Positions 1-10,365 of a stretch of DNA of 64,000 bases are shown here, piece after piece. The notes under the pieces were generated by a model. That model made no database searches, was not told the DNA's origin, and saw only the letters and a list, made by a program, of their open reading frames with translations. Source of the stretch: Prevotella sp. (GTDB taxonomy: Bacteria > Bacteroidota > Bacteroidia > Bacteroidales > Dysgonomonadaceae). The stretch covers positions 32,001 to 96,000 of the forward strand of contig JAITVV010000080.1 of assembly GCA_031285625.1 (NCBI GenBank), in the 5' to 3' direction. The translations under genes were made by a program, and so were the position numbers. Every line of letters starts with the position of its first letter. Position 1 is the stretch's first letter.

Positions 1-1
1 T

Positions 2-736
2 CTTCAAGTATCTACAGATGAGGTTTACGGATCGTTAGGCGATGAAGGTTACTTTACTGAAACTACCCCGTTAGATCCCCGTTCTCCATATAGTGCAGGT
101 AAAACAGGTGGAGACCTTATTGTAAAAGCATATGGCGAAACATATAAAATGCCAATAAATATAACACGTTGTTCCAATAATTACGGACCATACCATTTCC
201 CTGAAAAATTGATACCGCTTATTATCCGAAATATTCTAGCAGGTAAGCAATTACCTGTTTACGGAGATGGAAGTAATGTGCGTGACTGGTTATATGTAGA
301 AGATCATTGTAAAGCTATTGATGTGGTTCTTCATAAAGGACGTATCGACGAGGTTTACAATGTAGGCGGACATAATGAGTGGAAAAATATAGATATTGTA
401 AAACTCGTAATCAAAACAATACATGATATAATGGAACAAGAGCCAAAATATCGTGAAGTATTGAAAAAGAAAGAAAAATCTGCTGACGGTAGTATTGATA
501 TTTCCTGGATAAATAATGATCTTATATCTTTTGTAAAGGACAGGCAGGGACATGATCAACGTTATGCAATAGATCCTACCAAAATATCTACCGAATTAGG
601 CTGGTTACCGGAAACTTCTTTCGATAAAGGTATTGTGAAAACAATTTACTGGTATCTCGATAACCAACATTGGGTAGAGGAGGTAACTTCGGGCGATTAT
701 ATGAAGTACTATGAACAGATGTACGGAAACAGATAA
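2..736 (+). CDS. rfbB: dTDP-glucose 4,6-dehydratase, 5'-truncated by the window edge
   Basis: Frame is open from base 2: LQVSTDEVYGSLG...PYSAGK (SDR YxxxK), then RCSNNYGPYHFPEKLIP, RDWLYVEDHC and GHDQRYAID, all typical RmlB motifs. Confidence 0.95.
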   Translation, partial: LQVSTDEVYGSLGDEGYFTETTPLDPRSPYSAGKTGGDLIVKAYGETYKMPINITRCSNNYGPYHFPEKLIPLIIRNILAGKQLPVYGDGSNVRDWLYVEDHCKAIDVVLHKGRIDEVYNVGGHNEWKNIDIVKLVIKTIHDIMEQEPKYREVLKKKEKSADGSIDISWINNDLISFVKDRQGHDQRYAIDPTKISTELGWLPETSFDKGIVKTIYWYLDNQHWVEEVTSGDYMKYYEQMYGNR

Positions 737-750
737 TACCAGCCTGTTCT

Positions 751-1620
751 ATGGAACGTTTAAAATCTATATTAGCGGATAAGGTGCTTGATTTGTCTTC
801 GGAAAGTGGAGATGCTGTGAAAGTAAAGATAGATAGAATCCAGCGCTTTCGTGATTTTGCAAATGCCCTGAAATCCCTTATGGTTAAATACCCTGCTATC
901 GAGGATGAGCTGATTACAATGGTTGAAGATGGTGATTTTGATACAAAAGTAGCTTCTTCTCGCGTTGATACAGTAATACGGTTAGCAGATACTGAGGCAG
1001 CTCAGATAAATAAGGTTGCACCAATTCAATTAGACCAAATTCAAATTGAAGAATCTGTTGTAATATCTGAAGATGAAAAGGAACCTGATACTTTTATTGA
1101 AGAGGATTTAAGAGCAAAGACACTCGGCTCTGAATTAACGGAATATACCAGTCCTGATGATATTCCAATGGAAGTCTACAGAGGTAATGAAGAACCTTTG
1201 TATCGGCAGGAGGATATTGATAATGAAGCATCAGATGATTCTGTTGAATCGGAAAATGAATATATTACTTATGCAAATGTAGAAGAGGAGGACCCCAATA
1301 CTGAAGTAATAGAAGAGCAGTCAGTCAGCTATGAAGATAGTGAAAATTTGAAATCAGAAACTGATACGATTACTGAAGATATATTGGAATCGGAAGAGGA
1401 AAATCAAGCAGAAGATATAACTTTAACCGAAGAAGAAAAAGCTGCGAGAAGAAAAGTTATAATTAAAAGAGTTATTCAGGTTACCGGAATTATTCTGGCA
1501 GTAGTTATACTTATCTTTATCATTAAATTTGTTATGAGTCATTGGCAGGCTGTCCTGGTTATTGGCGGTATTGTTATTGTACTCGTTATATTATTTGTTT
1601 GGCTTAAGCGAAAGCGTTAG
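751..1620 (+). CDS. Hypothetical protein with a long acidic region and two C-terminal transmembrane helices
   Basis: 289-aa ORF tightly spaced between rfbB and murB; E/D-rich centre; hydrophobic hairpin ending in the basic tail KRKR. Confidence 0.8.
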   Translation: MERLKSILADKVLDLSSESGDAVKVKIDRIQRFRDFANALKSLMVKYPAIEDELITMVEDGDFDTKVASSRVDTVIRLADTEAAQINKVAPIQLDQIQIEESVVISEDEKEPDTFIEEDLRAKTLGSELTEYTSPDDIPMEVYRGNEEPLYRQEDIDNEASDDSVESENEYITYANVEEEDPNTEVIEEQSVSYEDSENLKSETDTITEDILESEEENQAEDITLTEEEKAARRKVIIKRVIQVTGIILAVVILIFIIKFVMSHWQAVLVIGGIVIVLVILFVWLKRKR

Positions 1621-1650
1621 TCGAATATTGTTGAATCAATAATCCCAGAA

Positions 1651-2658
1651 ATGGACTATTATAGGCAAACCCAGTTAAAAGATTACAATTCATTTAAAAC
1701 AGAAGCTCAGGCTAAAATATTTTGTAAGCCCAGCACTATTCAAGAGCTTCGTCAGTGTTTATCAGATTTTCCAGACGAAAAAAAACTCATTATCGGGGGA
1801 GGATGTAACATCTTCTTTACGAAAGACTTTGACGGATTGGTTATTCATCCGTATATAAAAGGCCTTCGCGAAATATCGGATGAGGAAGAAGAGGATGAGG
1901 ATATATTTCTTGAGGTAAATGCTTCTGAAGATTGGGATGAGTTTGTAGCTTATTGCGTAGAGCGGGGATTTGCCGGACTTGAGAACCTTTCATATATCCC
2001 TGGTACTGTCGGGGCTGCTCCCATACAGAATATTGGAGCTTATGGAGCTGAGGTGAAGGATGTGATTCGTGAAGTAGTGGCTGTAGATATGGAAACTGGA
2101 GAAACAGTTTCTTTCTCTAATGCAGAATGTGAATTTGGCTACAGGGATAGTGTCTTTAAGCGAACAAATAAATATCTTGTTATCTCAGTTGTATTTCACC
2201 TGAAGCGGACATTTGTCTATATTCCTAAGTATGCAGATTTGAACAAAGAACTCGAAGATTTCGAAGAACCTTCTATTCAGGATGTACGTGATGCGGTAAT
2301 ACGTGTCCGTCAGCGGAAATTGCCTGATGAAAAAGTTTTACCAAACGCCGGCAGTTTTTTCAAAAATCCATATATTAGCAAAGAGCAAGCGGATAAGATT
2401 TTGATTGATTATCCTAACTTACCTGCATATCCATTGAAAGATGGTTTGATAAAGACCTCGGCTGCATTTCTTATCGACAAAGCCGGCTATAAAGGTAAGA
2501 GAAATGATAATGTCGGTACGTACCCTAATCAGCCACTTATTATAGTGAATTATGGTACTTCGGATGGTAATGAGATATTGAGCTTTATGCATGAGGTACA
2601 GAAAGCAGTGAAAGATACCTTTGGTATAGAATTAGAACCGGAAGTCAGAATATTTTAA
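1651..2658 (+). CDS. murB: UDP-N-acetylenolpyruvoylglucosamine reductase
   Basis: IGGGCNIFF, GLENLSYIPGTVGAAPIQNIGAYG, FGYRDS, PNAGSFFKNP, LEPEV motifs. Confidence 0.96.
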   Translation: MDYYRQTQLKDYNSFKTEAQAKIFCKPSTIQELRQCLSDFPDEKKLIIGGGCNIFFTKDFDGLVIHPYIKGLREISDEEEEDEDIFLEVNASEDWDEFVAYCVERGFAGLENLSYIPGTVGAAPIQNIGAYGAEVKDVIREVVAVDMETGETVSFSNAECEFGYRDSVFKRTNKYLVISVVFHLKRTFVYIPKYADLNKELEDFEEPSIQDVRDAVIRVRQRKLPDEKVLPNAGSFFKNPYISKEQADKILIDYPNLPAYPLKDGLIKTSAAFLIDKAGYKGKRNDNVGTYPNQPLIIVNYGTSDGNEILSFMHEVQKAVKDTFGIELEPEVRIF

Positions 2659-2673
2659 CAATAATATAGAAAC

Positions 2674-3978
2674 ATGGCATCATTTATTATAGAAGGAGGT
2701 TGTCACCTCACAGGAGAGATAACACCACAAGGAGCTAAGAACGAAGCATTACAGGTAATATGTGCAACATTACTGACTCCAGAAGAAGTTATAATAGAAA
2801 ATATTCCTGACATATTAGACGTGAATAACTTGATAGCCCTGCTGGGTGAGATGGGAGTAGAAACAAGGCGAATGGGAGAAGATACATGGTCTTTCAAGGC
2901 TGAAAATGTAAATATTGATTATTTGCAGACTCCGGAATTCTTCAAGAAAAGTGCTTCCCTTCGCGGTTCGGTTATGATCATTGGCCCGTTGGTGGCTCGC
3001 TTTGGAAGAGCTATATTGCCAAAACCTGGAGGAGATAAAATAGGCCGTCGCCGTTTAGACACACACTTTATAGGTATACAAAAATTGGGAGCTGATTTTA
3101 ATTATAATGATGCTCAACAGATATACAATATTTCTGCAGACAGGCTTAAAGGAACATATATGTTATTGGATGAGGCTTCGGTGACAGGTACAGCAAACAT
3201 AATTATGGCAGCAGTATTAGCCGAAGGAGAAACAACTATATATAATGCAGCCTGCGAACCATATATACAGCAGCTCTGCCGTATGCTTACCCAGATGGGG
3301 GCAAAAATAGATGGGCAAGGTTCCAATTTGTTACGGATCGAGGGAGTCAAAGTATTATCTGGTGCAAAGCATCGTATCTTGCCGGATATGATCGAGATTG
3401 GTAGCTTTATTGGTATGGCGGCTATTACAGGCTCTGAAGTAACCATAAAAGATGTTGCATATGACGACTTGGGAATAATACCCGATACATTTCAGCGATT
3501 AGGTATCCAGTTGGAACGAAGAGGAGATGATATATATATACCTGCTCAGAAGGAATATACAATAGATACTTTTATAGATGGCTCTATTTTGACTATTGCT
3601 GATGCGCCATGGCCGGGACTAACTCCCGATCTTATAAGTGTATTGCTTGTTGTTGCAACACAAGCTAAGGGTAGTGTGCTGATACATCAGAAAATGTTTG
3701 AAAGCCGTCTATTCTTTGTTGATAAGTTAATTGACATGGGAGCTCAGATAATACTATGCGATCCTCATCGTGCTACGGTTATTGGTACGGGTAAACGCCC
3801 TATGCGTGCTACTACAATGACTTCTCCCGATATTCGTGCGGGAATAGCATTACTTATCGCTGCTATGTGTGCCGATGGTAAAAGTACTATACATAATATT
3901 GAGCAAATAGACCGTGGATATCAGAATATTGATGTCCGTCTTAACCAGTTGGGGGCTAATATTATGAGATTAGATTAA
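2674..3978 (+). CDS. murA: UDP-N-acetylglucosamine 1-carboxyvinyltransferase
   Basis: GAKNEAL, LRGS, PGGDKIGRR, SVTGTAN, PDIRAG, IDRGY motifs. Confidence 0.96.
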   Translation: MASFIIEGGCHLTGEITPQGAKNEALQVICATLLTPEEVIIENIPDILDVNNLIALLGEMGVETRRMGEDTWSFKAENVNIDYLQTPEFFKKSASLRGSVMIIGPLVARFGRAILPKPGGDKIGRRRLDTHFIGIQKLGADFNYNDAQQIYNISADRLKGTYMLLDEASVTGTANIIMAAVLAEGETTIYNAACEPYIQQLCRMLTQMGAKIDGQGSNLLRIEGVKVLSGAKHRILPDMIEIGSFIGMAAITGSEVTIKDVAYDDLGIIPDTFQRLGIQLERRGDDIYIPAQKEYTIDTFIDGSILTIADAPWPGLTPDLISVLLVVATQAKGSVLIHQKMFESRLFFVDKLIDMGAQIILCDPHRATVIGTGKRPMRATTMTSPDIRAGIALLIAAMCADGKSTIHNIEQIDRGYQNIDVRLNQLGANIMRLD

Positions 3979-4070
3979 AATCAATGTTTTACTTTCACAA
4001 TAAACTTTATTATTTATTACGAATGCACCATTCTTATTCGGGATGGTGAAATGTCTTAATTCTTTACACT

Positions 4071-4712
4071 ATGACAGAAAATGAAAAGTATCTCTTTGAT
4101 CATTTCCTTATTAGTATAAAATCAGGATTTGAGTCTTTAGATGATATTATTACTGATGCCCTCGAAGCTGTAGAAGACGAAGGGTGGGAGAGTGAAATCT
4201 CAGAGGAGTGGATCAAGGAAACCTTAAGTATTCAATATGCAAAAAATGAGGCTGAAAGCAAAGACTGGATACACCCTACCGATACTGAAAAATTGCATAC
4301 AGTCTTTGATAATCTTTGTAAACAGAAAATAGTAGCACTTCACAATGCAGGCTATACGCAGTCAGATGCTATCTATGATGTTCAAGACGTTTGGCAGGAT
4401 TTAGAAGATAATGGGATAAAACCTGTTGGCTATTGCTATTACCATGGACAGGACCTAGAGCGTGTAATAGAAACAGGTACTCTTTGTATTGGCTTTTATG
4501 GAGAAAAAGAAAAGAATGACAAAGAAGCCATTATTATAGGGCATAAGATTGTTTCTCTTTTAAAAGAACAAGGATTCACTATCGAATGGGATGGATCAGC
4601 TTCAAAAAGGATTGAAATTCATGATTTCAACTGGCAAAATCTTTTTACATCAGATGAAGATGTAGAAGATAAATGGGGCTATGATCGTGTTTTGGAATTG
4701 ATGGAAGAATAA
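4071..4712 (+). CDS. Hypothetical acidic protein (DUF6891-like)
   Basis: 213-aa ORF with IVALHNAGYTQSD, GYCYYHGQDLER and WDGSASKRI; family name recalled from memory. Confidence 0.7.
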   Translation: MTENEKYLFDHFLISIKSGFESLDDIITDALEAVEDEGWESEISEEWIKETLSIQYAKNEAESKDWIHPTDTEKLHTVFDNLCKQKIVALHNAGYTQSDAIYDVQDVWQDLEDNGIKPVGYCYYHGQDLERVIETGTLCIGFYGEKEKNDKEAIIIGHKIVSLLKEQGFTIEWDGSASKRIEIHDFNWQNLFTSDEDVEDKWGYDRVLELMEE

Positions 4713-4718
4713 TATTTA

Positions 4719-4758
4719 TACAATAAGAAGTGTTAAATAAATAACACTTCTTATTGTA
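4719..4758. terminator. Bidirectional hairpin between convergent genes
   Basis: Perfect 17-bp inverted repeat tacaataagaagtgtta / taacacttcttattgta with a 6-nt loop. Confidence 0.75.
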
Positions 4759-4777
4759 GTATGGTAGTAGTCAAACT

Positions 4778-6190
4778 TTACTCAGCTGTAATTTCCTCTG
4801 CATATATCCAGCATTTGGTTTTCGGATAATCTGCAAACTTCCTGTTGGGTGCTCCAAAAAAAAATGAATAACGATATATCCTTTTAGTATTATCTGTAGG
4901 AGTGAATATCAATTGCCGATATTCCGGTTTTGCACTGTAATATACATCCGGATTCCCGTGTGTAGCCCAACTTTTTGTTACAGTATGATTATTGCTGGAC
5001 CGATTGGGGGCTCCTCCCCCTGCATTATAAGCAACAGTATGCATAATCATAACATTGTCATTCCCTGATGAATATACGGTGCCGTTATGTTTTATTTGAA
5101 TATCTGTATAATCCAAATTTTCATTTGATTTAGCATAGAATCTCAGTGAATATCTTCCATCAAATGTAGTTACAGCAAATTCTGCACCCCCACTTGTCGG
5201 TGTCATAGGTCCAAGATACGTCCGAGTCTCAAAAGAAGCTCCACCATGTCCGACTTTTGCTTCGCAGTTTTTTCCTAAAAATGATACTGGAAATACAGTT
5301 TCAACAGGGGAAGATGCTTTTGGTTTGCCCGTTACGGCATATGTTATTCTACCATTACCATATTCCAGGGTACCGGGTTGTAACGTATAATATAATCCAT
5401 TGATGGGTCCTAGCTTTTCTCCTCCCGAATAAGATGCTCCATTTCCACCTGTATATGGTATCTCCATAACTCCATTATATTCCTGATCTAAATTATATCT
5501 GGAAGGGCTTAACTGGGCATTATTACATAACAAAGCTTCTATTGCCGGAGGATTGGTTTTGCGGTCTGCAAGCATGAACCAGGATGTCTTGTTCCAGTAG
5601 AGAAAACCTTTTACAGCAAAATCTTTATGTTCGCCAGTATTGTAAACAAGTAGTCCTTCTGCCGGATTTGGTATTGTTTCTACATCGGTAGAGCTCTTTA
5701 GAGTTACACGAGGAAGTAATACCCCTTTATTCTTAGATACAACATTAAAGGCAGCTGAAGGATCTCCGTTGGATGTGCCTACACTGACTCGTCCCATTTG
5801 AAATATGTCTTGATTGTTTCTGGTGGGAATACTATCTCCATGGATATCATGATTGGAAACCCTCCATGGACTTACAATATCAAGTCTTGCCCATGTTGTG
5901 CCATTCCAGTACTCAACAGAGTTAGTTTTAATATCATATACTGTGAGTCCTTTTGCTTTTTCGATTTCATCTTCGTTTGTTAGCTCATCCAAGTCAAGAC
6001 CTAGTTTTTCATCTGTTGTCAACTGGGGCAGTCTGATTCCCCCTTTAGTAGTAAGGGTAGATAATTCTAAAATGGAAAATCTTTGGGGTTCAATCCCATC
6101 ACCAATAGTAACCTGGGCGTGTAATTTTGTGCTGCATGCTATCATAAAAGATAGGATCAGCAGGGCATTCTTTGTTAGTTTTGTTCTCAT
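4778..6190 (-). CDS. Secreted or surface protein with an internally repeated Bacteroidetes module
   Basis: Signal peptide ending LHA-QVTIG; two related blocks (KGGIRLPQL...GLTVYD and KGVLLPRVTL...GLLVYNT); beta-rich C-terminus. Confidence 0.75.
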   Translation of the reverse strand: MRTKLTKNALLILSFMIACSTKLHAQVTIGDGIEPQRFSILELSTLTTKGGIRLPQLTTDEKLGLDLDELTNEDEIEKAKGLTVYDIKTNSVEYWNGTTWARLDIVSPWRVSNHDIHGDSIPTRNNQDIFQMGRVSVGTSNGDPSAAFNVVSKNKGVLLPRVTLKSSTDVETIPNPAEGLLVYNTGEHKDFAVKGFLYWNKTSWFMLADRKTNPPAIEALLCNNAQLSPSRYNLDQEYNGVMEIPYTGGNGASYSGGEKLGPINGLYYTLQPGTLEYGNGRITYAVTGKPKASSPVETVFPVSFLGKNCEAKVGHGGASFETRTYLGPMTPTSGGAEFAVTTFDGRYSLRFYAKSNENLDYTDIQIKHNGTVYSSGNDNVMIMHTVAYNAGGGAPNRSSNNHTVTKSWATHGNPDVYYSAKPEYRQLIFTPTDNTKRIYRYSFFFGAPNRKFADYPKTKCWIYAEEITAE

Positions 6191-6332
6191 TATTATTCTA
6201 TTAAATACAAATTCATATAATCACAAGTCTGTGTGTTTATGAGTGTAATTTTTAATAGAAGTATTCAGGAAAATGAATTAGCAAAGGCATTTATAGTTAC
6301 TAAATCATTTCACATATTTTTCTTAGAGGCTG

Positions 6333-6340
6333 CAAATATA
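6333..6340 (-). promoter_or_regulatory. Bacteroidetes -7 promoter element
   Basis: Minus strand reads TATATTTG (consensus TAnnTTTG) upstream of the 6190 start. Confidence 0.55.
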
Positions 6341-6435
6341 GAGATAATTTATAAAAAACAAAAAAAAATAAGAAATTTAAATGTGTTAGTTTGACTTTTT
6401 GTTATTGCTTTGTTCTTTTTTCTCGTGATATATAA

Positions 6436-6465
6436 ATATAAGCAGCCGGAGAGGGCTGCTTATAT
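6436..6465 (-). terminator. Intrinsic terminator of pncB
   Basis: atataagcagcc-ggagag-ggctgcttatat, 20 bp after the pncB stop. Confidence 0.75.
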
Positions 6466-6485
6466 AAAACTATATTTATTTTTGT

Positions 6486-7652
6486 TTATTCTTCTAGACC
6501 TAATGTTTTCAAGCTAAGCTCTATTTCTTTCGCATCTCCTGTATGTTTGCCGGCAACATCGGATAGTTTTACAGCTTTCAGGAAAGTAGTATCCTTCTTA
6601 TGTAGTTTAACATCTGTGAGTTTAATAACTATATTTAGCGCTTTTACACCTACATCATTTGAAAAAAAAGTGCCAATGCCATATGTATCGTGCATACGTC
6701 CGTTCACATGATCCTTTATTTGTTTAACAGTTTCCAGATTTAAAGAATCACTGAAAACCAGTGTCTTTGAAGTAGGATCAATGCGATTCTGCTCATAGAA
6801 TTTGATGGCTTTATCGGCAAAACAAAGAGGGTCTCCACTATCGTGGCGTACTCCATCAAACAGCTTAGCTTGTTTCAAGCTGAATGAGTTGAAAAACGAA
6901 TCGGTAGTATACGTATCTGTGAGGGCAATACCCAGACTGCCATCATAAACATCTACCCACGCTTCCAGCCCTTTGATATTTGCAGACCGGTAACCAAATA
7001 GCGCACCATGGAACATAAACCATTCATGCGGCATTGTGCCGATTGGTGTTGTATTGTATTTCATCGCAAGATATACGTTACTGGTTCCTTTGAAGCACTC
7101 TCCTGAATTAGCCTGTAATGCACCTACTACTTTATCCTGAACATCAAAAGAAAAACGACGACGGGTTCCGAATTCTGAATAGTCGGCACCTATCTCTTTC
7201 AGCGCTTTGGCTTTTATAATTGCTTTTTCTTCAATATCTTTTGGCTCTGCTCCTGTCATCTGAAAGTAGAGTTCAGATATAATTGCCATCAACGGAACTT
7301 CCCATAACACTGTACGATACCAATAACCCTCCATAACAACACTAAGGTTTCCACCTTCCTGTGTAATGGTAACTTCCTCCGGCTTGTACCTGAACCCTTC
7401 CAGAAAATCTACAAAAACGGGATCGAAGAAATAACATTTATTTTTTATAAATTTCTTTTCTTCGGCAGTTAATTGCAGATTGGCCATTGATGCGACTTCT
7501 TCACGCATCCTCTCGGCAAATCCCTCAGGGAATTGTGTTCCACCCCGATTGGTAAAAGCGTATTTTACGTATGACCATGGATACAGTTTTTGTATGGCCA
7601 ACATTACAGAGAATTTGTATAAATCGTTATCAGTAAAATGTTTTATAATCAT
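6486..7652 (-). CDS. pncB: Nicotinate phosphoribosyltransferase
   Basis: TDNDLYKFS, EFGTRRRFS, GTSNV, GTMPHEW, GVRHDSGDP, VFSDSL, KLSD motifs. Confidence 0.96.
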   Translation of the reverse strand: MIIKHFTDNDLYKFSVMLAIQKLYPWSYVKYAFTNRGGTQFPEGFAERMREEVASMANLQLTAEEKKFIKNKCYFFDPVFVDFLEGFRYKPEEVTITQEGGNLSVVMEGYWYRTVLWEVPLMAIISELYFQMTGAEPKDIEEKAIIKAKALKEIGADYSEFGTRRRFSFDVQDKVVGALQANSGECFKGTSNVYLAMKYNTTPIGTMPHEWFMFHGALFGYRSANIKGLEAWVDVYDGSLGIALTDTYTTDSFFNSFSLKQAKLFDGVRHDSGDPLCFADKAIKFYEQNRIDPTSKTLVFSDSLNLETVKQIKDHVNGRMHDTYGIGTFFSNDVGVKALNIVIKLTDVKLHKKDTTFLKAVKLSDVAGKHTGDAKEIELSLKTLGLEE

Positions 7653-7712
7653 AATCTGGTTTAGTGTTATTGTTTGATTGACAAATATAACTTTTTATAT
7701 AACAAATAAGAG

Positions 7713-7744
7713 AAGCCGATGTTGAGAAAAATTAACACCGGCTT
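7713..7744 (-). terminator. Hairpin downstream of the DUF1015 gene
   Basis: Imperfect stem aagccgatgttga...ttaacaccggctt. Confidence 0.55.
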
Positions 7745-7766
7745 TATTTTTTATCTTGTAATTATT

Positions 7767-9011
7767 CTAATCCAACTTGTGAATAACCAGTCCTGAACGT
7801 AGTTTGGGCTCAAACCAAGTGGTTTTGGGTGGCATAATATTTCCGGAATCGGCAATGTCCATCAATTGCTTCATCGTGACGGGATATAGCGCTATTGCCA
7901 GCTTCATTTCCCCACTATCTACCCGTTTTTTTAATTCACCTAATCCTCTGATTCCACCTACAAAATCGATTCGTTTATCAGAACGTAGATCTTTTATACC
8001 TAATATTTCATCTAGTATGTATTTTGAAGAAATAGTTACGTCTAAGACCCCGATAGGATCATTGTCGTCATAAGTCCCGGCTTTTGCTGTAAGGCTGTAA
8101 CACTTTCCATCCAGATAGATTGAAAAATTGTGTAATCCTGAGGGAGGTGTAATTTCAGAACCTTTTTCTTCAACTATAAAGTAATTGTCTAATTTTTTTA
8201 TAAATTCAGTTGTGCTCAATCCATTCAGGTCTTTCACCAAACGATTATAATCTATAATATTCAGTTGATTATCGGGAAAGCATACTGCCATAAAGTAGTT
8301 ATACTCTTCATCTCCTTTATGATCCGGGTTCTGCTTTGCCTTTTCGGCTCCTACCAGTGCAGCTGCTGCAGAGCGATGATGCCCGTCAGCAATATACAGA
8401 TTAGGTATTGATGCAAACAGGTCAGTTATCCTTTTAATATCTTCTTTCTCCCTTATGACCCAAAAGTGGTGACCGACACCATCAATTGACGTAAAGTCAT
8501 ATTCTGCAGGTAAGGATATTACTTTTTTTATTATTTTATCCAATTCCTTATTGTCAGGGTATGCAAAGAATACAGGTTCTATATTGGCATTATTTATACG
8601 TACATGTTTCATGCGGTCCTCTTCTTTATCTCTGCGTGTAAGTTCATGTTTTTTTATCTTCCCGTTCATATAATCATCAACATGGGAGCATACAACGAGG
8701 CCATATTGTGTTTTTCCATTCATTGTTTGTGCATATACATAGTAGTACTCTTCCGCATCTTGTACCAACCAACCCATTTCCTGAAACTTGTTGAAATTAT
8801 CTACAGCACGATTATATACATCCGGATGGTGTTCATCAATCATTTCCTCGAAGTCTATTTCAGGCTTTATTATTCTATACAGGGACTTTTCATTTCCTTC
8901 TGCCTCCAGTCTGGCTTCCAGAGAACTTAATACATCATAAGGGCGTGATACAACATCTTTAACAATGCTTTGGGGAGGTCTGATCCCTTTAAATGGTTTT
9001 ATTACAGCCAT
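7767..9011 (-). CDS. DUF1015 family protein
   Basis: IKPFKG, PYDV, IKKHELT, YIADGHHR and the C-terminal MPPKTTWFEPKLRSGL signature. Confidence 0.92.
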   Translation of the reverse strand: MAVIKPFKGIRPPQSIVKDVVSRPYDVLSSLEARLEAEGNEKSLYRIIKPEIDFEEMIDEHHPDVYNRAVDNFNKFQEMGWLVQDAEEYYYVYAQTMNGKTQYGLVVCSHVDDYMNGKIKKHELTRRDKEEDRMKHVRINNANIEPVFFAYPDNKELDKIIKKVISLPAEYDFTSIDGVGHHFWVIREKEDIKRITDLFASIPNLYIADGHHRSAAAALVGAEKAKQNPDHKGDEEYNYFMAVCFPDNQLNIIDYNRLVKDLNGLSTTEFIKKLDNYFIVEEKGSEITPPSGLHNFSIYLDGKCYSLTAKAGTYDDNDPIGVLDVTISSKYILDEILGIKDLRSDKRIDFVGGIRGLGELKKRVDSGEMKLAIALYPVTMKQLMDIADSGNIMPPKTTWFEPKLRSGLVIHKLD

Positions 9012-9291
9012 AATATTTTTAAGGTTTTAGTTATAAGGTTAATATTTTTACTCAGAAATTTTAAATCTTTAAACTAACTTTTTGCTATATGCAAATATAT
9101 AAAAACAATGAAAATAAGAGCATTTGTATATGAAAAAATATAATAAGCGATATTATGAAATCAATTTGATAAAATGCTGGAAATAAAGTTAATATTTTTT
9201 TTCTTAAGCCTCTTAGTTTTAATATATAATTACTAATTTTGGAACTCTAAAAGTATAAGAACAATTCATAATTCCCTAATTTATATAAAAA

Positions 9292-10365
9292 ATGAAGAAA
9301 TATAATTTTAGTGCAGGACCATCAATTCTTCCTCAACAAACTATTGAGGAGACAGCTAAGGCTATTCTGGATTTTAATGGTTCATCTTTTTCATTGATGG
9401 AAGTAAGCCATAGAGGTAAAGACTTTCAGGCAGTAATGGACGAAACTATAGAATTATTTAAGGAGTTACTGGATATTCCTTCCGGTTATTCGGTAGTATT
9501 TCTTGGGGGGGGGGCCAGTCTGCAATTTTGTATGGTTCCATTTAACCTGCTAGAAAAGAAAGCTGCTTATTTAAATACGGGAACTTGGGCAAGTAAAGCA
9601 CTAAAAGAGGCTAAGCTATTTGGCGAAGTTGTAGAAGTTGCATCTTCTAAGGCTGCTAATTTTACTTATATTCCTAAAGATTATACTATCCCAACTGATG
9701 CGGACTATTTCCATATCACAACTAATAATACAATCTTCGGAACAGAATTACATACCGATTTGGATTCTCCGGTTCCATTAGTAGCTGACATGTCTTCAGA
9801 TATTTTCTCTCGCCCGGTGGATATCTCAAAATATGCATTGATATATGGTGGCGCGCAAAAGAATCTTGCACCTGCCGGATTAACATTTGTGATTGTGAAA
9901 GATGAGGTATTAGGTAAAGTAAATCGTCCGATACCTACTATGCTTGACTATCGTACACACATCGAGAATGGTTCGATGTTTAATACCCCTCCTGTAGTAC
10001 CTGTTTATGCGGCTATGCAGACTCTTAGATGGCTCAAAGCTAATGGTGGAGTTGAAGCTATGTACAAACGCAATAAGGAAAAAGCAGCATTGTTATATAA
10101 TGAAATAGATCGTAACCCTGTCTTTAAGGGAACTTGCCAGGTAGAAGATCGATCATTGATGAATGTATGCTTTGTCTTATCTTCGGAATATGAGGGTAAT
10201 GAGGCTGCATTCCTTGATTTTGCTAAGGAAAGAGGATTATATGAACTGAAGGGACACCGTTCTGTAGGAGGTTTCCGTGCTTCTATTTACAATGCGATGC
10301 CTATCGAGGGTGTACAGGTTTTAGTTGATACAATGAAAGAATTTGAAAAGAAAATTGCTAAATAA
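9292..10365 (+). CDS. serC: Phosphoserine aminotransferase
   Basis: [30 protein letters not shown] (PLP lysine), [20 protein letters not shown]. Confidence 0.97.
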   Translation: MKKYNFSAGPSILPQQTIEETAKAILDFNGSSFSLMEVSHRGKDFQAVMDETIELFKELLDIPSGYSVVFLGGGASLQFCMVPFNLLEKKAAYLNTGTWASKALKEAKLFGEVVEVASSKAANFTYIPKDYTIPTDADYFHITTNNTIFGTELHTDLDSPVPLVADMSSDIFSRPVDISKYALIYGGAQKNLAPAGLTFVIVKDEVLGKVNRPIPTMLDYRTHIENGSMFNTPPVVPVYAAMQTLRWLKANGGVEAMYKRNKEKAALLYNEIDRNPVFKGTCQVEDRSLMNVCFVLSSEYEGNEAAFLDFAKERGLYELKGHRSVGGFRASIYNAMPIEGVQVLVDTMKEFEKKIAK

